A stretch of 64,000 nt of DNA, taken from Candidatus Eiseniibacteriota bacterium. GTDB lineage: Bacteria > Eisenbacteria > RBG-16-71-46. Every line of letters starts with the position of its first letter. The stretch's first letter is position 1. Where the stretch lies: the NCBI GenBank assembly GCA_041483195.1, contig JBGPFC010000015.1:1-64000 (forward strand). The letters run 5' to 3'. A program made the position numbers and the translations under genes. Of the stretch, positions 45,922 through 57,061 are shown one piece after another. The notes beneath the pieces are model-generated. The model saw only the letters and a program-made list of their open reading frames with translations, searched no databases and was not told where the DNA came from.

Positions 45922-47688
45922 GTGATCGGAGGACAGTTGGACGGGGCAGCGGGAGGCGTTGCGGACCGGGCGGCGGCACGGCATTTCGAGGAGCGCGTCG
46001 ACCCGGTGAGCGGCGAGCGTTACCTGGCCGTGTACCGGCGCGGGGCGGCACTGCTCGACGACGCGATTCTGTACAAGGGCACGTGCTTCACGCCGGCCGA
46101 ACGCGACGCGCTCGGGCTCCGCGGGATCGTTCCGCCCGCCGTCGCGACGCCGGAGGAGCAGGCCGCGCGCGCGTACGGGAACTACGGCCGGGCGGGCGAC
46201 GAGATCCAGCGCTACCTCTTCCTGCGCGCGCTTCAGGACCGGAACGAGACCCTGTTCTACCGCCTCCTGCTGGATCATCTCGACGAGATGGCCCCGATCG
46301 TCTACACGCCGACCGTGGGACGTGCGTGCGAGCGATTCAGCCACATCTATCGCCGCCCGCGAGGGCTCTACGTGACCCCGCACGACCGCGGGCGGATCGC
46401 CGAGGCGCTGCGCAACGGCGAGTACGACACGATGCAGGTGATCGTGGTCACCGACAACGAGGCGATTCTCGGCATCGGCGATCAGGGCGTGGGCGGCATG
46501 GGCATCCCGATCGGCAAGCTCGCGCTCTACACGGCCGGCGCGGGGATTCATCCCGCCCGCGGGCTCCCGCTCGACCTCGACGTGGGCACCGACAACGCGG
46601 CGCTGCTCGCCGATCCGCTCTACCTCGGCGTCCGCCAGCCGCGGCTGCGCGGCGAGGCCTACGACTCGCTGGTCGACGAGCTGGTCACGGCGATCGCGGA
46701 GGTCTTTCCCGGCGCGATCGTGCAGTGGGAAGACTTCTCGAACGAGAACGCGTTCCGCATCCTGGATCGCTACCGCCGGCGGCTGCCGAGCTTCAACGAC
46801 GACATCCAGGGCACCGGCGCCGTCGTGGTCGCGGGCATCCGGGCCGCGCTTCGCCTCGCGGGACGCCGGATCGAGGACGAGCGCGTGGTGCTGTTCGGCG
46901 CCGGAGCTTCGGGCGCCGGGTCGGCCCGCGCCGTGCGCGATGCGATGCGCGCGGCCGGAGTGCCGGAGGCCGAGCTCTCGCGGCGCGTGTTGTGTCTCGA
47001 CTCGCGCGGCCTGATTCTCCCCGATCGGCAGGGTCTCGCCCCGCACAAGCGCTCGCTCGCCGCGGATCCTTCCGTGGTCGCGGGCTGGGCCGCGGCCCCC
47101 GATGGACGATTCGGATTGCCAGAGGTGGTGCGCCATTTCCAGCCGGGCGTGCTGATCGGCGCGTCGGGGCAGGGCGGGGCGTTCACAGAGGCCATCGTGC
47201 GGTCGATGCTCGAGGGGTGCGCGCGCCCGATCGTGTTCCCGCTGTCGAATCCCACGAATCGCGCCGAGGTCACGCCGGAAGACGCGCTGCGCTGGACGAA
47301 CGGCGCGGCCATCCTCTCGGCCGGCAGCCCGTTCCCGCCGGTCGAGCTCGGCGGAAAGACGGTGCGCATCGGCCAGGGAAACAATGCCCTGATCTTCCCG
47401 GGCGTGGGGCTGGCGGCGGTGGCGGTGGGCGCGCACTGGATTCCCGATCAGGCGTTCTCGGCGGCGAGCGCCGCGCTCGCGGGCTACACGGCGCCTTCGC
47501 TGGGTGAGGGCCTGCCGATCTTCCCGCCACTCTCGCGGCTGCGCGACGTGTCACGGGCGGTGGCGATCGAGGTGGCCCGCGCGCTGGTCGAGGCGGGGGC
47601 GGCCGCGCCGCTGGCCCCGCGCGAGATCGAAGCGCGGATCGCGGCCACCATGTGGGAGCCGGTCTACCGGCCCTATCGCCCAGCCTAG
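45922..47688 (+). CDS. maeA: NAD-dependent malic enzyme
   Basis: LQDRNETLFY, PIVYTPTVG, ILGIGDQG..GMGIPIGKL, QWEDF, FNDDIQGTG, PLSNPT, QGNN. Confidence 0.93.
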   Translation: MIGGQLDGAAGGVADRAAARHFEERVDPVSGERYLAVYRRGAALLDDAILYKGTCFTPAERDALGLRGIVPPAVATPEEQAARAYGNYGRAGDEIQRYLFLRALQDRNETLFYRLLLDHLDEMAPIVYTPTVGRACERFSHIYRRPRGLYVTPHDRGRIAEALRNGEYDTMQVIVVTDNEAILGIGDQGVGGMGIPIGKLALYTAGAGIHPARGLPLDLDVGTDNAALLADPLYLGVRQPRLRGEAYDSLVDELVTAIAEVFPGAIVQWEDFSNENAFRILDRYRRRLPSFNDDIQGTGAVVVAGIRAALRLAGRRIEDERVVLFGAGASGAGSARAVRDAMRAAGVPEAELSRRVLCLDSRGLILPDRQGLAPHKRSLAADPSVVAGWAAAPDGRFGLPEVVRHFQPGVLIGASGQGGAFTEAIVRSMLEGCARPIVFPLSNPTNRAEVTPEDALRWTNGAAILSAGSPFPPVELGGKTVRIGQGNNALIFPGVGLAAVAVGAHWIPDQAFSAASAALAGYTAPSLGEGLPIFPPLSRLRDVSRAVAIEVARALVEAGAAAPLAPREIEARIAATMWEPVYRPYRPA

Positions 47689-47807
47689 CGAGGTGGGGCG
47701 CGACCCGATCGCGCGCGTGGCGGCGCGCCGCGCCGGCGTGCGTCGCCCTTGCACGGCGTGCGTCGCCCGCATGCTCGCGCCCGGCGCACCTGCTAGGCTG
47801 CCGCGCC

Positions 47808-48722
47808 GTGAGGCATCTCGACGAAACGGTCGCGCGCGCGGCCCTCGCGCGGTGGGGCGGAGATCCCTCGACGCTCCGGCACGTCGCGACCTCGGGCAAC
47901 GCGGTGTATCGCTTCCGCGAGGGCGCGACGCCGCGCATCCTGCGCCTCACCGATCCCGAGCACCGCACCGCCGAGCAGAATCACGCGGAGATGGAGTTCC
48001 TGCTCCACCTTCGCGCGTGCGGGGTGCGCGCCAACGCGCCGGTGCCGTCCGCGAGCGGCAAGCGGGTCGAGCGCCTCGAGGGTTGCTCGGCGTGCGTCCT
48101 CAGCTGGGCGCCGGGGGTGCGGGTCGAGCCCGCCTCGGAGCACTGGAACGAGGGGTTCTTCAAGGAGTGGGGCCGGAGCCTCGGCCGCATTCACTCGGCC
48201 GCGCGATCGTACCGCGGCCCTTCGCGCTGGGAGTGGACGGACGAGGGCCTGCTGGCGCACGCGCGCCGGCTGATCCCGGCGGACGACGCGATCGCGCGCG
48301 TGGAGCTCGAGGACGTCCTGGCGCGGCTGCTCGCGCTGCCCCGGCGCGCGGACAACTACGGCATGAACCACGCCGACTTCGCGCCGCAGAATTTCAACTA
48401 CGATCCGGCGGCCGGCATCACCGGCTTCGACTTCGGAAACTGCTGCGCTCACTGGTTCGTGTCCGACCTCGTGATCTCGCTCTCGACCCTCAGACGCCAG
48501 TCCGAGCGCGAGCGTTATCGCGCCTGGCTGCTCGCGGGCTACCGCGAGGCGATGGCGATCGACGACGAGATCTGGGTGGAGCGCTCCTGGTTCCTGCGGT
48601 TGCGCGTGCTCTACGTGTATCTGTCGCGACTGGCGAAGTTCGGTTCGAATCCGACCGCGGAACAGCGCGCCACGCTCGACATGCTGCGCGGGCTCGTCGC
48701 GGAGCGCCTGACTTGGGAATGA
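47808..48722 (+). CDS. Phosphotransferase (APH / type II homoserine kinase-like)
   Basis: NAVYRF, HADFAPQN (HxDxxxxN), FDFG. Confidence 0.85.
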   Translation: MRHLDETVARAALARWGGDPSTLRHVATSGNAVYRFREGATPRILRLTDPEHRTAEQNHAEMEFLLHLRACGVRANAPVPSASGKRVERLEGCSACVLSWAPGVRVEPASEHWNEGFFKEWGRSLGRIHSAARSYRGPSRWEWTDEGLLAHARRLIPADDAIARVELEDVLARLLALPRRADNYGMNHADFAPQNFNYDPAAGITGFDFGNCCAHWFVSDLVISLSTLRRQSERERYRAWLLAGYREAMAIDDEIWVERSWFLRLRVLYVYLSRLAKFGSNPTAEQRATLDMLRGLVAERLTWE

Positions 48723-48902
48723 CGGGTCGCCCCGCTGGCGCATCGCGCCGCCCTCCGGCGCCATTCGCCGACGATTCGCCGCCGGCCGCCGAATACCGCG
48801 CGCCGCGCCCTTGCGAGCGCCGTAGATTGCCTTCGAAGCGGAAGCACGAAGGCAACCTGAGCAGGAGGGAGCGCCGTGGAACGCGATGATGGAAGTCGGA
48901 AC

Positions 48903-49283
48903 ATGAAGCGGGTGGTCTGGGGCATCTTCCTGATCGCGCTCGGGGCGATGTTCCTGCTCGAGCGGTTCGGCGTGATCGGGGATCCCCTGGACGGGAACTG
49001 GTGGCCGGCGATCTTCGTGGTGCTCGCCATCAATCACGTCATCGAGCGTCGCATCGGGTCGGCGCTGATGTTCGCATCGCTGGGGGCGTGGTTCTTCATC
49101 TGCGAGCTGCACTGGCAGGGATTCACGTACGGCAACTCGTGGCCGCTGCTGCTGGTGGGGATCGGCGCATCGATCGTCCTCAAGGCGCTCCTCAACGAGC
49201 GCCCCCGCGGCAGGGTGCGCGTCAACCTTGACCCTTTCGATCCCGCGGCGCGACGCGGACGCGGCGAGGTGGACCATGACTGA
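48903..49283 (+). CDS. LiaF/LiaI-like (DUF5668) membrane protein
   Basis: GIFLIALGAMFLL, WWPAI, WPLLLVGIG; alternative GTG start at 48876. Confidence 0.8.
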   Translation: MKRVVWGIFLIALGAMFLLERFGVIGDPLDGNWWPAIFVVLAINHVIERRIGSALMFASLGAWFFICELHWQGFTYGNSWPLLLVGIGASIVLKALLNERPRGRVRVNLDPFDPAARRGRGEVDHD

Positions 49284-49572
49284 ATCGAGCATGACGCGCG
49301 AACGCATCGCGTGGACGGCCGCGGTCGCGATGCTCGCGACCGGCGCGGGCTGGCTGGCGCTGATCGCCACCGCGCTACTGATCCGCAGCTGGGGAGGTGG
49401 GCTGCCCGCCCCGCTGGTCGCAGCGCGGGCGCTGCTGCGGGTGATGTGGGAGCTCGCGGCGCAGGGCGCGGGAGGCGTCCTCGCCGTCGTGATCTTCGCG
49501 GGGTTCGCGGCGCTCATCGCGTGGGCCGTGCGGCGCGCGAACCGGTTCGAGAGGGGAGTGCGCCATGCCTGA
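49276..49572 (+). CDS. Hypothetical small membrane protein
   Basis: Two hydrophobic segments; GAGG RBS; overlaps both neighbours as in a coupled operon. Confidence 0.65.
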   Translation: MTESSMTRERIAWTAAVAMLATGAGWLALIATALLIRSWGGGLPAPLVAARALLRVMWELAAQGAGGVLAVVIFAGFAALIAWAVRRANRFERGVRHA

Positions 49573-50350
49573 GATCGATCTCGGCGGGGGAGGCCGCGCC
49601 CGCTTCTACGGGGTGCGCGTCCACGGCCGGCTCGGCAGCATCCTGTTCGGGTTGACCGTCATCGCGGTCGGCGTGGTGTTCACGCTGGACCACTTCGGGA
49701 TCATCGCCGCCTCGCGCTTCCTGCCGTGGTGGCCGGTCGCGCTCATCGCGTACGGCCTCGCGCGGCTCACCGGGCTGGGCTGCCGCACGCACATCGTCGC
49801 CGGCGCGGGGTTCACATTCGCCGGGGCGTGGATGCTGCTCCACAACCTGCATTACATCCGCTACGACATCTGGGACGTGTGGCCGCTGCTGCTCATCCTG
49901 ATCGGCGTCTCGCTGGTGTCGAGCGCGATCGCGCGCGGCCGCGACGCGGCGCGTATCGACTCGGCGCCGATCGGCTCGACGACCGGCGCCGACTCCCGGG
50001 CGGAGGGCGTGGACACCGGATCGTCCCTCAACGCTTTCGCGGTGATGTCGGGCAGCACCCGCAAGATCGTGACCAACGACTTCCGCGGCGGCGAGGTGAT
50101 CGCGATCATGGCGGGGCACGACATCGACCTGCGCGCGGCGCGCATCGCGAGCGGGACCGCGACCATCGACCTGCTGGTGTGGTGGGGAGGCGTGGACATC
50201 TGGGTGCCCGAGGATTGGAAGGTCTCGTGCGAGGCGATGCCGCTGATGGCGGGCGTCGAGGACCACACCCGGCCGCCTGCGGCGGAGGTGAAGGGCCACC
50301 TGATTCTCAAGGGCCTGGTCGTGATGGGCGGCGTCGAGGTGAAGAACTAG
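49565..50350 (+). CDS. LiaF-related cell-envelope stress protein (DUF5668 plus DUF2154)
   Basis: TM domain with WWP/VWPLLLI; C-terminal FRGGE..AIMAG..IDLR..GGVDIWVPEDW..MGGVEVKN. Confidence 0.88.
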   Translation: MPEIDLGGGGRARFYGVRVHGRLGSILFGLTVIAVGVVFTLDHFGIIAASRFLPWWPVALIAYGLARLTGLGCRTHIVAGAGFTFAGAWMLLHNLHYIRYDIWDVWPLLLILIGVSLVSSAIARGRDAARIDSAPIGSTTGADSRAEGVDTGSSLNAFAVMSGSTRKIVTNDFRGGEVIAIMAGHDIDLRAARIASGTATIDLLVWWGGVDIWVPEDWKVSCEAMPLMAGVEDHTRPPAAEVKGHLILKGLVVMGGVEVKN

Positions 50351-50353
50351 GCC

Positions 50354-51463
50354 ATGCACCCGCTGCTGGTGGGCCGCCTGCGCCTCTCGCTCTACCTCGC
50401 CGCCTGGGCCGGGGTGTGCGCGCTGCTCGTCGCGCTGCTGGTCCTGACGCGGCCGCGGCCGGTGAGCGAGGCGCTGTTGTTCGTGGGGCCGCTCACGCTG
50501 ATCTACGCGTCGGTGTGTCTGAGCGCGTGGTGGGTGTGTCGCGCGCACCCGCTCGAGACCACCCCGCGGACCCGGCTGATCGGCACGCTCTCCGGGACCG
50601 CGGCGCAGTCGAGCGTGCTGTGGGTGGCGATGGGCGCGGCGTGGGCGGTGGCCCTCTCGCACGTCGCGCACATCGGGAGCGATCGCGCGGGGATGTTCCG
50701 CGATCTCACGCTGCTGTTCGTCGCCGGGATCGTCCTCTACGCGCAGTCCATCGCCGCGCACTACTTCCTGCTCGCGTTCGAGTCGGCGCGCGGCGCCGAA
50801 CGGCGCGTGCTCGAGTCGCAGGTCACCGCCCGCGAGGCGGAGCTGCGGGCGCTGCGCGCGCAGCTCAACCCGCACTTCCTGTTCAACAGCCTGAACTCGA
50901 TCAGCGCGCTGGCCGGAGCGGATCCCGAAGCCGCTCGTCGCATGTGCGTCCTGCTCGGCGATTTCCTGCGCATGAGCCTCGCCCTCGGCGGCCGCGGGCG
51001 CGTCGCGTTCGCCGAGGAGCTGGCGCTCGCCGAACGCTATCTCGCGATCGAGCAGGTGCGCTTCGGCGCCCGGCTCGGAGTCGAGAAGCACATCACCCCC
51101 GAGGCGAGCGCGTGCCTGGTGCCCCCGCTGCTCATCCAGCCGCTCATCGAGAACGCGGTCAAGCATGGCGTCGCCGACCGGGTCGAGGGCGGCGTGGTGC
51201 GGATCGACGCCCGGCGCGCGGGCGTCGCGCTCGAGGTGACGGTCGAGAATCCTCGCGATCCCGAGGCGCCGCCGCGGCGCGGCCACGGCCTCGGCCTCGA
51301 GAACGTGCGCCAGCGGCTCGCGGCCCTCGACCCGCGCGGCACCCGCGTTGACGTGTTCCGCGAGCCCGAACGGTTCCGCGTGATGCTCACCCTGCCCGCG
51401 GTGGTCGGCGTCGCGGAAGCGGAAGCCGCGCCGGGCGAATCGGGAGGCCGCGATGGCGCCTGA
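50354..51463 (+). CDS. LytS-family sensor histidine kinase
   Basis: AELRALRAQLNPHFLFNSLNSI, YLAIEQVRF, QPLIENAVKHG, GLGLENVRQRL. Confidence 0.95.
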   Translation: MHPLLVGRLRLSLYLAAWAGVCALLVALLVLTRPRPVSEALLFVGPLTLIYASVCLSAWWVCRAHPLETTPRTRLIGTLSGTAAQSSVLWVAMGAAWAVALSHVAHIGSDRAGMFRDLTLLFVAGIVLYAQSIAAHYFLLAFESARGAERRVLESQVTAREAELRALRAQLNPHFLFNSLNSISALAGADPEAARRMCVLLGDFLRMSLALGGRGRVAFAEELALAERYLAIEQVRFGARLGVEKHITPEASACLVPPLLIQPLIENAVKHGVADRVEGGVVRIDARRAGVALEVTVENPRDPEAPPRRGHGLGLENVRQRLAALDPRGTRVDVFREPERFRVMLTLPAVVGVAEAEAAPGESGGRDGA

Positions 51464-52217
51464 GCCCCGCACCCTGCGCGCCGTGATCGTTGACGACGAG
51501 GCGCCGGCGCGCGCGCTGCTGCGCGAGTATCTCTCCGCGCACGGCGACATCGCGATCGTCGGCGAATGCACCAACGGCTTCGAGGCGGTGAAGACGATCG
51601 GCGAGCTCCGGCCCGACCTCGTGATGCTCGACGTGCAGATGCCGAAGCTCGACGGCTTCGAGGTGCTCGAACTCCTCGACCGCCCGCCCGCCGTGGTGTT
51701 CGTCACGGCCTACGACGAGTACGCGCTGAGGGCGTTCGAAGTCCACGCGGTGGACTACGTGCTGAAGCCGATCGGGCGCGATCGCGTGAACGAGGCGGTT
51801 GCCCAGGTGCGCGCGCGCCTGAGCGGCCAGGCCCCATCGGCGCCGCCGGCCTCGGCCGCCTCGCTCGCGGCCGCCGCGCGCGCGCCGGGGCAGTTCGTCG
51901 AGCGCGTGCTGGTCAGGGATGGCGCGCAGGTGCACGTCATCCCGGTCGAGCGCCTCGACTGGATCGAGGCGCAGGACGACTACGTCGCGATCCGCGCCGA
52001 CGGCAAGACCCATCTCAAGCCGCAGGCGCTCGCCGAGATCGCGAACGGGCTCGATCCCGCGCGTTTCGTGCGCATCCACCGTTCCTACGTGCTGAACGTC
52101 GAGCGGCTGGCGCGGCTCGAGCTCTACGCGAAGGACAGTCGCGTCGCGATCCTGAAGGACGGCAAGCAACTTCCGGTGAGCCGCGCCGGCTACGCGCGGC
52201 TGAAAGAGCTGCTGTAG
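51453..52217 (+). CDS. LytTR-family response regulator
   Basis: VDDEAPAR, LDVQMP, TAYDEYALRAFE, DYVLKP, FVRIHRSY. Confidence 0.95.
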   Translation: MAPEPRTLRAVIVDDEAPARALLREYLSAHGDIAIVGECTNGFEAVKTIGELRPDLVMLDVQMPKLDGFEVLELLDRPPAVVFVTAYDEYALRAFEVHAVDYVLKPIGRDRVNEAVAQVRARLSGQAPSAPPASAASLAAAARAPGQFVERVLVRDGAQVHVIPVERLDWIEAQDDYVAIRADGKTHLKPQALAEIANGLDPARFVRIHRSYVLNVERLARLELYAKDSRVAILKDGKQLPVSRAGYARLKELL

Positions 52218-52236
52218 CGGCGGCCCGCGTGACGCG

Positions 52237-53445
52237 ATGAACGGAGTGCCGGTCCGCTGCGACGTCGCGATCGCGGGCGGCGGGATCGTGGGGCTCGCGA
52301 CCGCGATGGCGCTCTGCGAGCGGCCGGGACTCGCGGTGGTGGTGCTCGAAGCCGAACCCGAGATCGCGCTCCATCAGAGCGGGCGCAACAGCGGCGTCAT
52401 CCACTCCGGCCTCTACTACACGCCCGGCTCGCTCAAGGCGCGGTTGTGCGCGGAGGGCCGCGAGGCGATGTACGCGTTCTGCGCGGCGCACGGGGTGCCG
52501 CATGAGCGCTGCGGGAAGCTGGTGATCGCGACCGACGCACGCGAGCTGCCGGCGCTCGACCGGCTCGAGCGGCGCGGGCGCGAGAACGGGCTCCGGGGCC
52601 TGCTGCGACTGTCGCCGGCGGGGATCCGCGAACGCGAGCCGCATGCCGCCGGCCTCGACGCGCTGCTGGTGCCAGACACCGGCATCGTGGATTTCGCGGT
52701 GGTGACGCGCGCGATGGCGGAGCGCGTGCGGGCCATGGGCGGGACGCTCGTGACGGGTGCGCGCGTGAGCGGCGCGCGCGCCTCCGGCGAGGGACTCGTG
52801 GTCGAGCACGCGCGCGGCGCGCTGCCCGCCCGGGTGCTGGTGGGTTGCGCCGGGCTCCACGCGGATCGCCTCGCGCGGGCCTGCGGCGTCGAGCCCGGGG
52901 TGAGGATCGCGCCCTTCCGCGGCGAGTACGCGCAGCTCGCGCCGCAGCGCCGGCATCTGGTGCGCCATCTCCTGTACCCGGTGCCCGACCCGCGATTTCC
53001 GTTTCTCGGGGTCCACTTCACCCGGCGGCCGGACGGCGCGATCGAGGCGGGGCCCAACGCCGTGCTCGCGCTGGCGCGCGAGGGTTATCGCGCCTCGAAC
53101 GTCTCGCTGCGCGACACGAGCGAGCTGCTCGCATGGCCCGGCTTCTGGCGGATGGGGCTCGCGCACTGGCGGATGGGGCTCGCGGAGGGCCGGCGCGCGT
53201 CGAGCCGTGATGCGCTGCTGGCCGCGCTGCGCCGCCTCGTCCCCGAGCTGAAGTCCGTCGATCTCGCGGCGGGCCGCACCGGGGTGCGCGCGCAGGCGCT
53301 CGCGCGCGACGGCACGCTGGTTGACGACTTCCACATCGTCGAGAGCGATCGCAGCCTTCACGTGCTGAACGCGCCGTCGCCGGCCGCCACCGCCTCGATC
53401 GCGATCGGGCGATGGATCGCGAGCCGGACGCTCGAGCGGCTCTAG
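52237..53445 (+). CDS. lhgO: L-2-hydroxyglutarate oxidase
   Basis: GGGIVG, HQSGRNSGVIHSGLYY.PGSLKA, YPVPDPRFPFLGVHFT, GVRAQA, NAPSPAATAS. Confidence 0.92.
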   Translation: MNGVPVRCDVAIAGGGIVGLATAMALCERPGLAVVVLEAEPEIALHQSGRNSGVIHSGLYYTPGSLKARLCAEGREAMYAFCAAHGVPHERCGKLVIATDARELPALDRLERRGRENGLRGLLRLSPAGIREREPHAAGLDALLVPDTGIVDFAVVTRAMAERVRAMGGTLVTGARVSGARASGEGLVVEHARGALPARVLVGCAGLHADRLARACGVEPGVRIAPFRGEYAQLAPQRRHLVRHLLYPVPDPRFPFLGVHFTRRPDGAIEAGPNAVLALAREGYRASNVSLRDTSELLAWPGFWRMGLAHWRMGLAEGRRASSRDALLAALRRLVPELKSVDLAAGRTGVRAQALARDGTLVDDFHIVESDRSLHVLNAPSPAATASIAIGRWIASRTLERL

Positions 53446-53589
53446 GGGGCGCTCGCCGGCGGTTCCAACGCGCGCCGTCGATGCTACAATGGGTGGCTCG
53501 ACGCGAGACGCCTGATCCGGCACGACCGCCCCCGATGTCCTGGCCGCCCGGATCGATGAAGCACCCGCCTGGACGCCGAACCCGAGCTC

Positions 53590-55257
53590 ATGACCGATTC
53601 GAAATGGTTCGAGTCGAAACCGTTCGTTCGCATCGCGCGGATCGCCACCGCGGTGCTCGCCGCCCTGTCGGCCTCGGCGCTGCTCGCCATCGCGTGGCTC
53701 CTGCTGTTCGCGCCGCCCGGGGCCGCGATGTCCGGGCTGGTCGCGGACGACGCCGGGTACTACATCGCGATCGCCCGGAACTTCGCCCTCGGCTTCGGCG
53801 CGAGCTTCGATCGCCTGCATCCGACCAACGGGTTCAACCCGCTCGAGTTCGCCGTGCTGTCGGGGGTGTTTCGCCTGCTGCCCCGTTCGCTGCCGGTCCT
53901 CGCGTGCTACCGCGCCGCGATGCTCGCGGATTTCCTGGTGGGACTGGCCGGCCTCTGGCTCTTCATGCGGCTGGTGTCGAGGAGGCTCGCCGCCCCGGCG
54001 TTCGGGGGCGAGTCGCGCCGCCTCATGCTCGCAGCTTGCGCGGCCTTCTACGCCATGTTCGTCCTGGCCAAGAGCCACTACGGCGTCGACGCGTGGCTCG
54101 TGCTGCTGATCGGCAACGCGTACTTCGTGCGCGTGCAGAAGCGCGGCCTGCTCGCGCCCGGGGCGGGGGCGGCCGTGGCGGACGGAGCGTTGCTGGGGCT
54201 CGTGTTCCTGGCTCGAGTGGACAGCCTGCCGCTGCTGGTGGCGGCCTTCGGCCTGATGGGGCTGCTCGCGATCGGAACGCGAGGTGCCTGGCGCGGGATC
54301 GGCGTGCGCGCGTCGATCTGCGCGCTGTTGGCCGCGCCGTTCGTGGTGTCGAACCAGATTCAGTTCGGGACCTGGCTGCCGGTCTCCGCACACATCAAGT
54401 CCGCGTTCCCAAGGATCGACGTCGCCGCCAGCCTGGCCGTGATTCGCCACAGCTCGCTCCCGCCCCTCGACCAGTTCGCCTTCCTCGTGGCGTTCGTCGG
54501 GTCGCTGGTCACCACGGTCTGGCTGTTGAGCCGCGCGCGACGCGACGGCGTGCGGGAGGCACTAAGCGATGGTCCCTCGCAATTGCTCGCCGTGATGTCG
54601 CTCTACGTGCTGGCACGCCTCTCGTACATGCTGCTCTTCAGCCGCTGCGACGTGCAGGGCAGCTACGGCATCCTGTCCCACGTCTACAACGTCCTGGGCT
54701 TCGTCACGCTGATCGAGGCCGCCGCCGCGCGGACCGGCGCGCGCTCGCGGCGGCTCGCGTCATCGGTGGTCGTCGCGGGCGCGGCCGCGCTCGCGGCGTT
54801 CTCCCTCGCGGTGCTCGCCCTGAAAGTCCAGGTATTGATGGGACGGTCCGCGCAGCGCGTCCACGAGGGGTGGGTGGACGACGCGACGTTCGGCGAGGCC
54901 GTGCGGCGGGCCACACCGGAGGGCGCTGTGATCTTCGGCGGCTCGTTCGGCGTCGCCGGGCTGTTCGCCGACCGTGCGTGGATCAACGGCGACGGGGTCG
55001 CGAATTCCTACGCGTACCAGCGTGCGCTCGCGGCCGGCGCGCTCCGCGAATATCTTCACGCGAATCGCGTCGGGTTCGTGGCTTTCCTGTCCGACTCGGC
55101 GACTTTGCGCGGCGTGGCGCCGATCCCGGTCAACGTGACGGGGGCCCTGTCGGGCCGCGTGAATACCATCGAGATCGATCCGCGCGACGCGGTGCTCGCC
55201 CGGCGCGTGGCGCGCGGCGCCGGCCCGCTCTGCGTCATCGCGCGGTATCGGCCCTGA
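53590..55257 (+). CDS. GT-C-like multi-TM membrane protein
   Basis: DDAGYY.AIARN..G.GASFD..TNGFNPL, LARVD, P.SAHIK, NGDGVAN. Confidence 0.75.
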   Translation: MTDSKWFESKPFVRIARIATAVLAALSASALLAIAWLLLFAPPGAAMSGLVADDAGYYIAIARNFALGFGASFDRLHPTNGFNPLEFAVLSGVFRLLPRSLPVLACYRAAMLADFLVGLAGLWLFMRLVSRRLAAPAFGGESRRLMLAACAAFYAMFVLAKSHYGVDAWLVLLIGNAYFVRVQKRGLLAPGAGAAVADGALLGLVFLARVDSLPLLVAAFGLMGLLAIGTRGAWRGIGVRASICALLAAPFVVSNQIQFGTWLPVSAHIKSAFPRIDVAASLAVIRHSSLPPLDQFAFLVAFVGSLVTTVWLLSRARRDGVREALSDGPSQLLAVMSLYVLARLSYMLLFSRCDVQGSYGILSHVYNVLGFVTLIEAAAARTGARSRRLASSVVVAGAAALAAFSLAVLALKVQVLMGRSAQRVHEGWVDDATFGEAVRRATPEGAVIFGGSFGVAGLFADRAWINGDGVANSYAYQRALAAGALREYLHANRVGFVAFLSDSATLRGVAPIPVNVTGALSGRVNTIEIDPRDAVLARRVARGAGPLCVIARYRP

Positions 55258-55524
55258 GTCTCCCACCCGGTGCCGCAGCCGCTCCGGACGCCGGCCCGGC
55301 CGGCCCTGCCATTCGCGGCGGCCCGCCTGTCAGGATGTCGGCCGATGCGCGATTTGCCCGGGCCCGACGCGGACTCGCGGGCTCCCGCGGCGCGAGATCG
55401 CGCGGGGTGCGGTGTCCCGTAACCGTCGATCCCGCCTGAAGAACACGGTTGCGCGCGCCTTCCGTGCGAGGCCATTATTCGCCGCGGTGTGCGGATCGAA
55501 CTCACCCGAGCCCGTCCCGGCGAC

Positions 55525-55540
55525 TGGCGTGCAAGTTGCT
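55525..55540 (+). promoter_or_regulatory. Sigma54 (-24/-12) promoter of gdhA
   Basis: TGGCGTGCAAGTTGCT = TGGC-N7-TTGC, ~40 nt upstream of the ATG. Confidence 0.75.
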
Positions 55541-55542
55541 GA

Positions 55543-56985
<1,443 letters not shown>

Positions 56986-57010
56986 TCCGGTCGTCGGGAG
57001 CAGCGGTTCG

Positions 57011-57039
57011 GCGCGGGGTGGACTCGTTCCACCCCGCGC
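57011..57039 (+). terminator. Intergenic hairpin after gdhA (terminator or mRNA stabiliser)
   Basis: GCGCGGGGTGGA/TCCACCCCGCGC 12-bp stem; poor U-tract. Confidence 0.5.
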
Positions 57040-57061
57040 GTTCCGCTTCGAGGGGCCCACG

